From assembly GCF_009914755.1 (NCBI RefSeq), contig NC_060925.1: a stretch of 64,000 nucleotides of DNA; one strand, written 5' to 3'. The stretch is from the human T2T-CHM13v2.0 reference genome, Homo sapiens. The translations under genes were made by a program, and so were the position numbers. Positions 1 to 14,513 of the stretch are shown piece after piece; within the stretch, counting starts at the first letter, position 1; each line of letters opens with the position of its first letter. The notes under the pieces were generated by a model, which saw only the letters and a program-made list of their open reading frames with translations, was not told where the DNA came from and searched no databases.

Positions 1-54
1 GAGAATATGAGATTTTGCTAATGATTGGTTAAACCAGGTGACTGCGTACTCTCT

Positions 55-744
55 TTCCACCCTAACTGGGTATACTACAATATAATTCAATTCTGAGACT
101 AATCACTCAGAGTTAGCATCAGACTCCACAGGTGTAAAGCCTCAGTCCTCCACAAGATTGCCCTTACTTCATACGGCAGCCACAAATTCTGGGAATCCCC
201 AGGCCACTCACACTTCTGATGAGCTGGCCACAAATTCAAGGCTTCCCATGATCTTTTCACATTTGATAATTTGCTAGAATGACTCACAGAACTCAGGAAA
301 GTGCTATGCTTATCATTACAGTTTTATTACAAAGGATTCAGATAGGGTAAGGTCTGGGGAAGAGTGCAGGAATTCCATGTCCTCTTCCTGTGGAATCAGA
401 GCACATCACCCTTGGCCCATCAATGCATTCATCAACCAGGAAGCTTCATAGCATTAGTGGCCATAGTTTTCACTGGGGTTTGATTACAAAGGTATGATTG
501 ACTAAATCATTGGCCACATGATTGAACTCAATCTTCAGCCCCTTCTCTTCCTCAGAGTCAAGCTGTTCCAAAGCTCCAACCCCCTAACCACATGCTGGGT
601 TTTTCTGGTGACTAGTCTCCACCTTGAAGCTATCTAGCACAGAAAGGATATGCCTATCACTCAGGAAATTCTGAAGGTTTCTGAATCTCTGTGCCAAGAA
701 CTAGGGACAAGAGACAAGGCCAGATAAAATTTTTATTATGTCAT
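55..744 (-). mobile_element. MER21-family LTR (MER21B-like)
   Basis: Motifs 'gataatttgctagaatgactcacagaactcaggaaa' and 'cacaagattgcccttacttca'; the reverse complement of the right end resembles the recalled MER21 5' end. Confidence 0.75.
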
Positions 745-1024
745 ACTTAGTTTGTCCTCAATCTGAAATAAACAGTTTGGAAATGCCATTTACCTGACCT
801 TCACAACATCTTCTACCTTACTAAAAGACAAAGTGGTTGCCATCTGTAGTCATGAAGGGGAAAGAGACAGGCAGAATCATTGAGCCTGAGTCCTGTCATC
901 ACCTATCACTTTAGGCTCAAGTGAAGGCAGACCTGGAAATAAAGCCCTGAGTTTATTCTGTGTATAGACATGTGGTTCTGGCAGAGTTCAAATATAGTCA
1001 TTCCTCTTTATTCATAACTCTAAA

Positions 1025-1134
1025 AATAATAGCTAACATGGATTGAGCATTTAACATGTGCTAGGCATTATTCTAAGACCTTATATGTATTTAGTCTTCA
1101 AGCCCTTCAACAATTCTATGAGATATTAACCCAT
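1025..1134 (-). mobile_element. MIR SINE fragment
   Basis: 'aataatagctaacatggattgagcatttaacatgtgctaggcattattctaag' matches the reverse MIR 3' end. Confidence 0.7.
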
Positions 1135-2664
1135 CCCTCTTGATGGACATGTAGATTGTTTCCAATTTTATTCTTAATAAAACAATATTACAATGAAAGA
1201 TGAGGGTAAACCCAAAGGTTTGGGTGCCATGAACCAACACTCTGTTTACTCCTCATCTCTCACCTAAGGCATGGTAGAATCGCAGTTACCTTTATGATAT
1301 TGGTCATGAGATAGCATTAAAGACTGTACTCTGGCGTTGATAATGATGCTATGTGAGAAGCTTCTTGAGTCTTGTGTTACTGCCCAGTGCAGGGGCTCAG
1401 ACCCCAACTGGGGAGCTGTTCCTCCCGCCCAAAAACAAAAGTGAAAGATAAACTTTCCCATACTGTAGTGAAACAGAGAACACAGAAATGAAACACCCAC
1501 GCAGTTGGCCAAAACACAGAATACTTAAATTGGGATAAAGTCCAAGACTTAACCTGGGCCTTACATAAGAGGAGGAGCATCATGCAGGGATAAGGATAAG
1601 TGTTCCAGAGTCAGAAGCTATATGCAACTCTGTGTTTTACCAGTTATAGGACCTGAGCAAGAGCCTCCATTTCCTGATGTGTAAAAGGCAGGCACATATA
1701 ATAGTTTGGGACACACAAAGGAAGAATCCATTTGAAAATACTTCATAAAATATTATAAAATATCAACTAATGATATCTCCCAAATATTCCCTCTCACATG
1801 CCCAAGCAGCCAGAGATGTTTGTTATCATCTTGTCTATCCAATAGTTCCTTCAAGTGCGTCACATCTGCAATATGGTTCATCCATCCTGTTATAGAGGAT
1901 GAAGTCTAGGCAAAATTATCCTAATTTTACAGGTGGGGAAAGCAAGGTGAAGTAGAGAAATGTGCAAAGGATAGGTAAAGATAGTTATAGTTGAAGACAC
2001 TTGGCAAGGAGAACCAGAATACTGCTGACTGCCAACTCAGGGCTCTTTCCAGCCATTTACATTATTGTTTTTAAGGTGGTGTGGGCAGCAGCGAGCAATA
2101 TAATGCCATGTTCTATCATCTTTGGTCTGGAGTAAAAGATGTAGCAATATGTATCATCATCATTATTATCATGTAACTGTTATTTGTAAATCCATTTTCT
2201 CTTTTGCCCATAGTGGCTTAATTTCCCTGAAAATACTGTTTTCATTCTATAATTATTAGCTGCATACACAAAGTTCATGGAATATAGAGCCACGATAAAG
2301 ATTCATAGTAAATGATGGTCCTGTTTTCTTGCCTCTCCTGGCTTGGGTAGCTAGTGACCTGTCAGGGACCATACCCCAAAGCAGCAGGCTTCACATCACA
2401 ACAATGAACCCCTCTCACTGTAATGCGGGACACAACTGAGGGATGCTCAGTGTTAATAGGCTAGATTCCCCATCCAAAGACTGTGATCAACAAATGAAGA
2501 GATAATAATGTTGATGGGTTCTAAGGCATTTTGTAGGATGATTTATCAGCCTTACAAAGCCCCTCCAGGACCCTTGCATTGTTAAAATACACACTTTCAA
2601 TGCAGAATGGCACCACAGTGAAAGGATAGACTGAGATTTCAAAGAGCTTGTTTCTTTGAAAGCC

Positions 2665-2830
2665 ATGACACTTTCTAGCTGTGAGAACTCAAGCAAGTCT
2701 CAACCTCTTTGGGTCACAGTTTATTTATCTGCAAAATGAGGATAAATGATGCCTAACCTGTCTACCTCTGAGATTGTCAGAAGAATCAAACAAGATCACT
2801 CATGAAATATTGTTTTGTGAACTTTGAGAT
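2665..2830 (+). mobile_element. MIR SINE fragment
   Basis: MIR core 'gcaagtctcaacctctttgggtcacagtttatttatctgcaaaatgaggata'. Confidence 0.65.
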
Positions 2831-2852
2831 GAGACAAAGTGGTTTCAATGAC

Positions 2853-2895
2853 ATGATGATGATGATAATGATGATGGATTGATTGATGGATGATG
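2853..2895. repeat. (GAT)n/(GATT)n low-complexity repeat
   Basis: atgatgatgatgataatgatgatggattgattgatggatgatg. Confidence 0.8.
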
Positions 2896-5009
2896 TCCTT
2901 CACAGACCTGGCACAGTTCTCATTATCATATTCATTTTTAGTGAGCAGAATAATTACGATTAGAACTTTGTGGAACAAAATTACCTCTCCCAGGAATTTC
3001 TTTTCTGTAAATGAGATTGCAGTAGATGCCCATAGTCAACTCTCACGATGGGAAGAGACTGGATCTCAGAATCTCTCACTTCTTCAAGGCATAGTCAAGA
3101 GGCAAAAAGAAGTTAGATGCAATGTTCTGTTTGCTAAAGGATTATGTCTGTGATCAACTAGTGAAGTTCAGTTAAATTTTCAATTAAAAGGACTTATCAT
3201 TAGAACTGTTAGCTTTGAAAGTAGGCTTGCTGAACTCAATTCCCTGCATTGATATGCAATATCTTGCAAATTTAAATGTAACTGGCAGAATGAGAAGTAT
3301 AATTTTATTTTCCTAAATCTATAAAGAAGATGAATACCCTTGTTTTAGAAAACAGTAATAGGCATTATAAATTTTCTAATTGTTCTTCTCTTAACAGAGA
3401 TATTAGCTCCAAGAGCTAACAGAGTAGAGTTATATGGGACAAGATGCCAGGTGGTCCCATTATTCAGTTCCTTGGGGCCCAGGATGGGGCTATAGAGGAC
3501 AGGAGAAAGTGATAGTGGTGAGGTCAGCAAGGAGATTCATATTTCATGTCTTTGTGGGGTGAAGCGGGGGTGGTGCCAAGACCTAGCTAGAAATGGATGT
3601 CAAACCAGGCTGTCAGTCCTGAGCCTTCAGCCAGCAATGGAATAAAGGTTTCAGGCCAAAAAAGATGTTACTCAACCAGGATAAATCTTCCAGTGTCTAT
3701 ACCTGTGGTAGCATCTTGTCAATTACTAGTATGCATTTGCCAATATGAGCCAGGTTTACTTAAGTGGATTAGGACAATATAAATACTTTGCTAGTTGTAT
3801 GGCTCCAGAAATCTGCTCATCTAAATATTTTTAAATACTTTGTTTAAAATGTGCCACTTTACTCTTTAATAGGGACTCAGTTGGGTACAGCGTGAGACTA
3901 GCAGTTACTTAATCAATCTCCCTGCCCATAGGTAGGCTTCCTTCTTTCATTCCAAGCAGATGAAGTTCTATCCTCAGGAAGTCCAAAGAAGATGTGCTCA
4001 CAGCTTTCTCAGGGATTTTCCTAGAAATTGAACTGTGTTTACTGAAGAGAAAAAAAAAAAAAAAAAAGAAAGCCTGTCCTTCCAGAGATTGTGCTTCCCA
4101 GTTCCAAAATCACCAAACCAATATTCACCTTATCTCCTCCATTGTACCTTGATCCCTGCTATATTATCCTAGTGACACCTTTCCTTGAAGCTTTTCTAAT
4201 ACAGCAAATTTGCTTTTCTTATTTCCAGGGGCATCAGAACAGGAATTATACACTTAAAAATGTATGCACTAGATTCTATGCAAACAAGTCAAGTCTAAAC
4301 ATCACTTAATTTGTTTATCAAGCAAGAAGATGGAAGCTCCTTTGCATCTATTCAGGACAGGTGCACAATTAGAAGTGAAAGCCATACTGCATGCAGTACA
4401 GCTGGATATGTGCCATTGCTTAAACCAGGAAGGTGAACAGTAAAGCCCCCCCACAACTTGTAACACAGGGGCTCTTCCAAGAAGGCCTGGCACTTAATCT
4501 CCCTTCCAGCAGATCACAGCCCTTATGCCAACCACTCTGATAACTTCTTCTCCAAGCCCTTCTTCAAAGAAAGAGCTAGGGATACTGCCAAGAGAGCCAC
4601 TATCTTCCCTCTGAAAAATGGATCCCAGTGGCATTTGTGCAATGCTACTAGGGTTGGATTATTTCTCTAAGTCAGTTTGAGAGAAGTCCTGCAGTGCTAG
4701 ACTTCAAAAGTGTGTTCTTAGAGGAAGGAAGCCACTCCCAGCCTCTCAACCACCTTCCTGTCTCCCCAAGACCCCACCCACACAAACACACACATATACA
4801 TAAGTTTACCAAAAACTGTCTTTTAGACATAACCCTAGAGGAAGTCTGGCTCTGCGCACAGCACTGCAGAGGTACTATTTGCATTTTGAATTGTTTTTAA
4901 GGCAAGAATTTATTAAGAGTGCAGCATACACATATTAAACATCCCCTGCAGGCACTGCCTCTATTGTGCAGATTCATTTATTGAAGACAGTGCTAGTAGT
5001 AGTACCAGT

Positions 5010-5270
5010 AGTAGCTAATTGCTGCCATTTATTGGATGCCTCCTCTGTATCAGATATTGTTCTTAGTACTTTACATACATGATTTCCAATCTTCACATCC
5101 CCCTTTTAACTTAAGTTTTTGCTTTTTCTTCTACTGATGCTGAAATGGAGGCTCAGAGAAGTTTGAACACGTGCTCAAGGTCACACTGCTCACCAACAGC
5201 ATGACAGAGTCAGAATGTAGGCTCAATTCCATCTTGATTCAAAGCCTGAACTCTTCACACTGCACCACCT
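5010..5270 (-). mobile_element. MIR SINE
   Basis: 'gaaatggaggctcagagaagtttgaacacgtgctcaaggtcacac' is the reverse MIR core. Confidence 0.65.
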
Positions 5271-6379
5271 CCAGCCCCTTTTCACAGTGAGAAGAAGGTG
5301 GGAAAAGGTGCATAGGTTCCAAGTCCAATGTGTCAGTTAGAAAAATCTCCTTGGAAATAATTTATGACCTGGGATACTTAGTTGAAATAGAGTTGGCTTC
5401 TTTTGACTTTACTTTTCTTTGCAGACATTTTGGCTCTCTTCTGTGAGTGCTGCTCTCTTTTCTTAATTCGCATTTAGCATGTGACTATTTGCACATGCAA
5501 ATATGAATACTTTCAAAAAATTATCAAATATGAATACTGAGAATGTCTTCCCCCCCACCATTTACATCTCATCAAAGCACAAGTCAAAATGCTCTTGGGT
5601 ATATTATTCATCTTTCACTGTTTGTTCTCCTCTGCTTTACCAGTCCATGTCTTGTCTTTTGCAACTCAGCCATGTAGAATAAAAGTGCACTTGTTCTATA
5701 ATTGAAAATGAATCTGGAGAGAAAGGGCTAAGTCATGCAGTGTGTGAGGAAGACAGGTCGTGGGGAACATTTCCTCTCCTTCCATAAACCAAATGGTTTC
5801 ATAATCTGTTGTGAATGTAAGGATGTGGAGTGCAGTCCCCAAAAGCCTGCATTAATTTTTTAAGTTTTAAAAATTAAAAATAACATCATAGGAGTGACTG
5901 TAAGTGAAGAGGATTACTAAGCTATAGACTATTTTATTTAATAATAGGTTCCATATCTCCAGATTAGCTTTTATTTTATGAACCTAGGCACTTTATAAAA
6001 CATTCATCTATTGAACACTTTACTTCCTTCTATGTGGAATAATACTCCTCTCTCATCACTCTCTTCCCTGCTCTGCCTCTCCCTTCCCTGACTAACCTCA
6101 TTCATCTTTGAGGGTTCATGTTAGCTATCAGTTCCCCCAGAAGTCTGACCTAACTCCCAAATCTGGGTTACAAGGTCCACTTATGGACCATCAAAGCACT
6201 GTGTGCTCCCCACATCATAGTTCTTTGAGACCTCACTCACAGTTCTTTCCACCCTTACTCCTAACCAAATCCTAGCTGATAAGCATGTCCATGAAGATAA
6301 ATCACTCATGTGATGACCCTTCCAACAATGAGTTCTTGAAATTCACGAGTCTTCCTAACTATTCACAGTTACTCTACTG

Positions 6380-6906
6380 CATGGGTCCTCAATCCCCAGG
6401 CCATGGACTGGTATCCATCCGTGGCCTGTTAGGAAATGGGCCACACAGCAGGAGGTAAGCAGCAGGCGTGAGCAAGCAAAGCTTCATCTTTGTTTACAGC
6501 CACTCGCCATCACTCGCATTACCACCTGAGCTCTGTCTGCTCTCAGATCAGTGGCAGCATTGGATTCTCATAGGAATGCGAACCTCATTGTGAACTGTGC
6601 ATGTGAGTGATCTAGGTTGCATGCTCCTTATGAGAATCTAATGCCTGGTGATCTATCACTATCTCCCATCACCCCCAGATGGGACCATCTAGTTTCAGGA
6701 AAACAAACTCAGGGCTCCCACCAATTCTACATTATGGTGAGTTGTATAATTATTTCATTATATATTACAGTATAATAATAATAGAAGTAAAGTGCACAGT
6801 AAATGTAATGCGCTTGAATCACCCTGAAACCATTCCCAACCCGAGTCCATGGAAAAAATGTCTTCCATGAAACCAGTCCCTGGTGCCAAAAAGATTGGAA
6901 GTGCTG
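6380..6906 (+). mobile_element. MER1A hAT-Charlie MITE, full length
   Basis: Colinear with recalled MER1A from CATGGGTCCTCAA to TTGGAAGTGCTG; degenerate 8-bp TSD ctctactg (6372-6379) / ccgtactg (6907-6914). Confidence 0.9.
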
Positions 6907-7591
6907 CCGTACTGCATTTGGACCATCCCTCCTCATGGCCACACTCTGGCTGGGTTTTGTCATCACCCAACAATCCTGAACCCTGATATTCTACTTCTTG
7001 GCCATATTTTCCAGTCTTCTGAGTTCTCTCATTTCCTTATTCCTACTATACTTGCTTCCTGGCCTCACAGGGTATTCTCGTTCCTTGACTCCTCCAATTT
7101 CTTTTTTTCTTTTTTTTTTTTTCCAACCAGCAGCACTTTTTCTTTCCTGCCAATGCTACATCTCTGGATGGATTGTTTGAACTCTTCTCTGTCTTCGAAC
7201 TTTGATTACCTTGGGTCCCTATTTTTCTACCATATTCCTCAGGAAAATCCCAATCCTGAATCAATGCTCCAATTCCTATCCCTATGTCTACCAGATACAC
7301 TGCTGAGAAAGACCCAGTATTTCACAGGATTGGCTCCACTGCATATTCATGGATTCCAAGTTCGTCTGAGCCTCTGGCATTAACCAACAAGCCTTTGATT
7401 TGTCATTGGTCAACACCCTCTTCTATTCCCCACAAAAATTATTTCAAATGTTTACCATCTATTTCCTACTCAGCCCTTAGATTCTTCTCTTTCCATAGAT
7501 GATCTTGCCTCACGCTTTATCAACAAAACCGCTATTATAAAATGTGCTCTCCCTCACCTTCTCTTGCCTATCTATTAACTTATATATACAG

Positions 7592-7989
7592 AGTATTAGT
7601 CTGCTCAAGCTACCATAACAAAATACCACAGACTGTGTGGCTTAAACAACAGAATTGTTTTCTCATAGTTCTGGAGGTTGGAAAGTTCAAGATCAAGGTT
7701 CTAGCATGGTTGAACTCCTGATGAGAGTTTGTTTTTTGGCTTTCAGATAACCACCTTCTCACTATGCCCTCACATGGCCTTTCCTCAACACATGTGCACA
7801 CAGAGAGTGCAATGCTTTGGTGTCACTTCTTATAAATAGAACATTAATCCTATCAGATAAGAGCCCCACCTTTATGACCCAAGTTAGCTTTAATTACTTC
7901 CTTACTCCAAATACAACCGCACTAGGGGTTAAGGCTTCAACATATGAATTTGGTCGGTGGTGGGGGACACATACATTCAGTCCATAATA
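7592..7989 (-). mobile_element. MLT1A-family MaLR solo LTR
   Basis: 'taccacagactgtgtggcttaaacaacagaa...ggcttcaacatatgaatttg...cattcagtccata'. Confidence 0.8.
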
Positions 7990-10900
7990 TACAGCCACAG
8001 CAATTTTGATTCCTTCCCTCCAAACTCAGAAAATCTGGTATCCTTCTCCCCAGTAATAGTCAACCTTCCACCTGGGACCTTGCTCCCATCTCCCTGGACA
8101 CCATCTCCTCTACAAGCCTGCTCCAAAAGTTTTCTCCACCCTATGTCTACTCTGTGGAGAAGATGAAAGAAGCACAAGGTGGCATCCCAGACCTCAAATA
8201 ATTTTAGATTTGCTTAGAGAGACAAAATTAAGAGACAATGGGCCCAAAATTAAAGCAGACAGGCAGGACAGGTAAAATCCTCAGCCTAACTAATATAGCC
8301 TCATGGATCTACCACCTAATCACAAAAAGTCAGTACTGGAAGGGACTGCAAGGTCATCTGATACTCCTGTCCCAGGCAGGCATCCAACTAAATGGACCAA
8401 GAAAGACAGTTGTCTAGCCTTGCATTAAAAACCTCCAGAGAGAAATTCCAACAAGTTTCCATCCCAAATTGGCAGTTGCACTGCCCTTAGGAGCATTCAG
8501 CAGGGATATATTTTGATGGTGAGCCAATCCTTTCAATTTTCTCCTATTTCTTAAAATGCCTCATTCAAAAAGACCACAAGGCAATCAACTAAAATTACTT
8601 TCTGGGAATGAATAATGTGAAACTCTGGGAAAGTGCAGTCAGCCACAGGACCATCAGAGTTCTGATAGCTCAGTTTCTTCTTGGAGGACTTGATGGCCTC
8701 TGGGATATAACCATCTGGCATACATAGTCTTTTAGAGTAGTGTGGCCTTTGCTGGTAGCCAAAAGTAACCTGAGCATTTCTAGTGAGGGACACATACACA
8801 CACACACGCACACACATATGCATTTATTGGCCCAACAAGAATCTCTGATGTACCTCCCTCTACTTTTTCTTTCTCCCTAAGAGGCACAGTTCTGGAGCTT
8901 TGAAATTTGCCTGGCCTGCTTGATGGAAGTCATCCAGTCCTGTCCAAGTGACTGACACAGTCTTTGCAACAAGGTCATTAACCCTGGACAGTCAGCCAAA
9001 GCCAATTCAGGAGTCACTAAGCTGATGCTCTCTGTTGACTATGAAGCAACCCTCCTTCTCTTCTAGCCTACAGCATCACAGAGAGACACTGAAGCCTAAA
9101 AGTGAGGACCCCTGCACAGGGCAGCCAGAATCCCCAAAGAAGACTGCTACTAATGGATGTGAGACCTTCTGTAATAGTCATTAGGGTAAATTTCCTGCTT
9201 ATAAATATTTCCCTATGTTATAGCCAAACTTTATGTACAAGATTTATATTCTCCACATTTTCAACTTTAAAACAGTTTTCCTTCTTGGAAGGATTTAGTC
9301 ACTAAAATGCATAAAGAAGGCTTGAAGCTACTGGAAAACAAGTGTAATGGTGTATTGTAAAGAATAGGAAACAAAATTAAAGACAAGACTAAGAACCTGG
9401 ACCTATCTCCACTACTAATTATACAACAGTGAGCAAGGCTGAGTCGGTTGTATCCATGACCCCAAAATAGAGGAACTAGGAACACAATACAATTCAGTTG
9501 AAATAAAATGATACATATATTTATGACATTACTATGCATATTGTATTAAAATTGACTACACTTTTAATAATAGAATCTAAAATAATTTATTGTCTTAGTT
9601 GATTAATTTCAAATCATCAGTTTCTCTCATCAACTTTAAGAGGCATAATGGCATGGAAGAAAAGAATGTTATATGGGAAGTCATTTTATCTCATTTCACT
9701 AAATGAGAAATTCAAAGTCCAGAAAGATTAAATTACTTACCCAAGATCTCTCAGCTTTTAAATGGCTGAGGCCAAACTTCAGCCCAGGTCCTCTGATTCT
9801 AAAGTATGATTTGCTCAGCATAAACCTTACAAGACACAAGTGATCTGGGTCCTATCTTTAGCCTCCTTAAACAGAATAACTGTCAGCCCAGAATTTTCTA
9901 TTCAGCAAAACTAAGTTTCATAAATGAAGGAGAAATAAAGTCTTTTTCAGACGAGCAAATGCTGAGGGAATTTGTCACTATCAGACCAGCCCTACAAGAA
10001 ATGCTAAAAATGGGTTATAAATCTTAAAATAAAAGATTGATGTGTGCCACAGTAAAACCTCCTGAAGGCATAAAACTCACAGAGCCTAGAAAATAATAAC
10101 ACAATGAAGGAAAAAAGTAACTAGGTAACAACATGATGACTGGAACAGCACCTCACATCTCAATGTTAACATTGAATGTAAATGGCCTAAATGCTCCACT
10201 TAAAAGATACAACTAAGCAGAATAGATTTTTAAAAGTCACAAACCAAATATCTGCTGTCTTCAAGAGACTCACCTAACATGTGAGGATTCTTATAGATTC
10301 AAGGTAAAGGAGTGGAAAAAGATATTCCATGCAAATAAAAATCAAAAGCAAGCAGGAGTGGCTATTCTTAGAAAAAACAGACTTTAAATCAACAACAGTT
10401 TAAAAAAAAAAAAGTCAAAGCAGGTCATTATATAATGGTAAGAGAATCAATGGGTCAATGCAACAAGAAAATGTTACAATCCTAAATACATATGCATCTA
10501 ACTCTGGAGCTCCCAGATTAAACAATTACTACTAGACTTAAGAAAAGAGAAAGCAACACAATAATAGTGGGGGACTTCAAAACTAGACGGATCATTGAGT
10601 CTAGTGATCCAATGACAACACCAGACTGATCATTGAGGCACAAAGTCAACAAAAAAACACTGGACTTAAACTGCACTTAGAACAAATGGACTTAACAGAT
10701 ATATACAGAACATTCTACCCAAGAACTGCAGAATATACATTCTTCTTATCAGCTCATGGAACACTCTCTAAAATAGACCATATGATAGGCCACAAAACAG
10801 GTCTCAATAAATTTTAAAAACAGAACTCATACCTAGTATCTTCTCAGACCACAGTGGAATAAAAATCAGAAATTAACTCCTAAAGGAACCCCAAAACTAT

Positions 10901-11181
10901 ACAAATATATAGAAATTAAATAATCTGCTCCTGAATGATTTTTGTGTCAACAATGAAATCCAGACAGAAATGTATAAGTTTTTTGAAATGAATGACAATA
11001 GTGACACAAGTTATCACAACCTCTCTGATACAGCAAAAGCATGCTAAGAGGAAAGGAACTGCCTACATCAAAAAGTCTGAAAGATCACAAATTGACAACC
11101 TAATGTCACACCTCAAGGAACTAGAGAAATAAGAACAAATCAAACCCAAAACTAGCAGAAGAAAAGAAATAACAAGGATCA

Positions 11182-11635
<454 letters not shown>

Positions 11636-11739
11636 TTAGAAATGAAAATAGAGACATTACAATCAACACCACAGAAATACAAAAGATTATTCAAGACTAT
11701 TATGAACATCTCCATGCCCACAAACTAGAAAATCTAGAG

Positions 11740-12051
11740 ATCAGGCACAGTGGCTCACATCTGTAATCCCAGCACTTTGGGAGGCTGAGACAGGCATATC
11801 AGTGAGGCCAGGAGTTAAAAGCCAGCCTGGCCAACATAACGAAACCCCATCTCTACTAAAAATACAAAAAAATCAGCTGGGCATAGTGGCACATGCCTGT
11901 AATCCCAGCTACTCAGGAGGCTGAGGCATGAGAATCACTCAAACTCAGGAGGTGGAGGTTGCAATGAGCCAAGATCATGCCACTGCACTCCAGCCTGGGT
12001 GACAGAGCAAGACTCTGTCTAAAAAAATAAAAAAGAAAGGAAGAAAAGAAA
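11740..12051 (+). mobile_element. Alu inserted in L1
   Basis: Full Alu; 13-bp TSD agaaaatctagag at 11727-11739 and 12052-12064. Confidence 0.92.
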
Positions 12052-13689
12052 AGAAAATCTAGAGGAAATGAATAAATTCCTGAAACATACAACCCTCCTA
12101 GCTTGAATCATGAAGAAATAGAAATATTGAACAGATCAATAACAAGTAGTGAGAATGAATCAGTAATTTAAAAACTTGCCAACAACAACAACAAAAAACC
12201 CAGAGCCAGATGGATTCACAGCCAAATTCTAGAAATCATAGATGACACAAATGAATGGAAATACATCCCATGCTCATGGATTGAAAGAATCAACATTGTG
12301 AAAACAACCATACTGCCCAAAGCAATCCACAAATTCAATGCAATTTCTATCAAAATACCAACATCATTTGTCTCATAATTAGAAAAAACAATCCTAAAAT
12401 TCATATGGAACCAAAAAGGAGCTCAAATAGCTAAAATAATAGTAAGCAAAAAGAACAAATCTGGAGGCATATTATCTGACTTTAAATTATTATACAAGGT
12501 TATATATAAACGGCATGGTGCTGGTATAAAATTAGATACATAGACCAATGGAACAGAATAGAGAATGCAGAAATAAAGCTGAAAAATTACAACCAACTGA
12601 TCTTCAACACATCATACGAAAACATCAATTGGGGAAAGGATACCCTATTCAATTAATGATGCTGGGGAAACTGGATAGCCACATGTAGAAGAATAAAACT
12701 GGATCTCTATCTCTACCATATTAAAAAAATCACCTCAAGATGGATCAAAGTCTTAAATCTAAGACCTGAAACAGTAAAAATTTCTAGAAGAAAACCTAAG
12801 AAAAATTCTTCTGGACATTGGTCTAGGCAAAGAATTTATGACTAAGGCCCTAAAAGCAAGTGCAACAAAAATAAATAAATGAGACCCAATTAAACTAAAA
12901 AAAGCTACTGCACAGCAAAAGAAACAATCAGAGTAAGTGGACAACCCACAGAATGTGAGAAAATATTTGCAGGCTATGCATCCGACAAAGGACGAATATC
13001 CATAATCTACAAGGAACTCAAACAAATCAGCAAGAAAACACAAATAATCCCATCCAAAAAAAACGGACAAATGACATGAATAGACATTTCACAAAAGGAG
13101 ATATACAAATGGCCAATAAACATATGAAAAAAAATGCTCAACATCACGAATCATCAGGGAAATGTAAATTACAACCACAATGAGATACCACCTTACCCCA
13201 GCCAGAATGGCCATTTTTAAAAGTCAAAATACAATAGATGTTGGCATAGATATGGTGAAAAGGGAACACTTACACACTGCTGGTGGGAACGTGAATTAGT
13301 ACATCCTCTATGGTAAACAGTATGGAGATTCCTTAAACAACTAAGAGTAGGTCTACCATCTGATTCAGCAATCCCACTACTGGGTATCTACCCAAATGAA
13401 AGGAAGTCATTACATCAAAAAGACACCTACATGCATATGTTTATCACAGCACAATTCACAATTGCAAATGTAGGGAACCAACCTAAGTGCCCATCAAGCA
13501 ATGTGAATAAAGAAAATGTGGTGTGTGTATATATATATATATATATATACCATGGAACACTACTCAATCATAAAAGAGAACAAAATAATGTCTTTTGCAG
13601 CAACTTGGAGGGAGCTGGAGGCCATTATTCTAAGTAACTCAGGAATGGAAAACCAAATACCATATATGCTATCGTATATGGTATATGAT

Positions 13690-14293
13690 ATCACTTGAGC
13701 TCAGGAGTTCAAGACCAGCATGGGCAACATGGCAAGACTCCAACTCTACAAAATACACAAAAATTAGCTGGGCATGGTGGCGTGCACCTGTAATCCCAGC
13801 TAGTTGGGAGGCTGAGGCATGAGAATCTTTGAACCAGGGAGGCAGAGTGAATTAGTCCATTCTTGTGCTGCTAATAAAGACATACCCAAGACTGGGTAAT
13901 GTATAAAGGAAAGAGATTTAATTGACTCACGGTTCCACATTGCTGGGAAGGCCTCAGGAAACTTAACCGTCATGGCAGAAGGCAAAGGAGAAGCAGGCAC
14001 CTTCTTCACAGGGTGGCAGGACAGAGTGAGTGAAGCAGGGGAAATATCAGACTCATAAAACCATCAGATTTCACGAGACTCACTCATTATCACAAGAATA
14101 GCTTAGGGGAAACCACCCCCATGATTCAATTACCTCCACCTGGTCCCACCCTTGACACATGGGGATTATAGAGAATACAATTCAAAGTGAGATTTGAATG
14201 GGAACACAGAGCCAAACCACATCACAGAGGTTACAGTGAGCCAAGATCACCACTGCACTCCATCCAGAGCAAGACCTGTCTTAAAAAAAAAAA
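13690..14293 (+). mobile_element. 5'-truncated AluJ-like element split by a THE1 LTR
   Basis: Alu sequence runs 13690-13847 and resumes at 14230 ('gttacagtgagccaagatc') to an A tail. Confidence 0.85.
13848..14224 (-). mobile_element. THE1 (THE1D-like) MaLR solo LTR
   Basis: TG...CA ends; perfect 5-bp TSD cagag at 13843-13847 and 14225-14229; 'ctaataaagacatacccaagactgggtaat'. Confidence 0.9.
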
Positions 14294-14513
14294 ATGCAAT
14301 TAGGAATGTGTCTTTTGCATTAGCTATGACAGCTTTGGTGTGGTCTTCAAAAACAAATTGCCACTTTTCTAGACCTTGATACTCAGATTAAGAATTCTCC
14401 ATGGAAAGAGTTTCAAACAAAATACTTTTGCTATAGAAATACATCACCAATTTACTAATATTTACAAGAAGTTATGAGGAATATAATGCACCATTATAAA
14501 GAATGGGTTAGAG

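Noticed and set aside
6679-6870. Peptide 'ILHYGE.YNYFIIYYS' that recurs in the ORF at 61019-61258 and looks like a paralogous protein
   Set aside because: Both are translations of the non-coding MER1A element.
6883-7383. 166-aa ORF
   Set aside because: Starts at a non-ATG codon inside MER1A and runs through pyrimidine-rich, poly-T sequence; no protein-like features.
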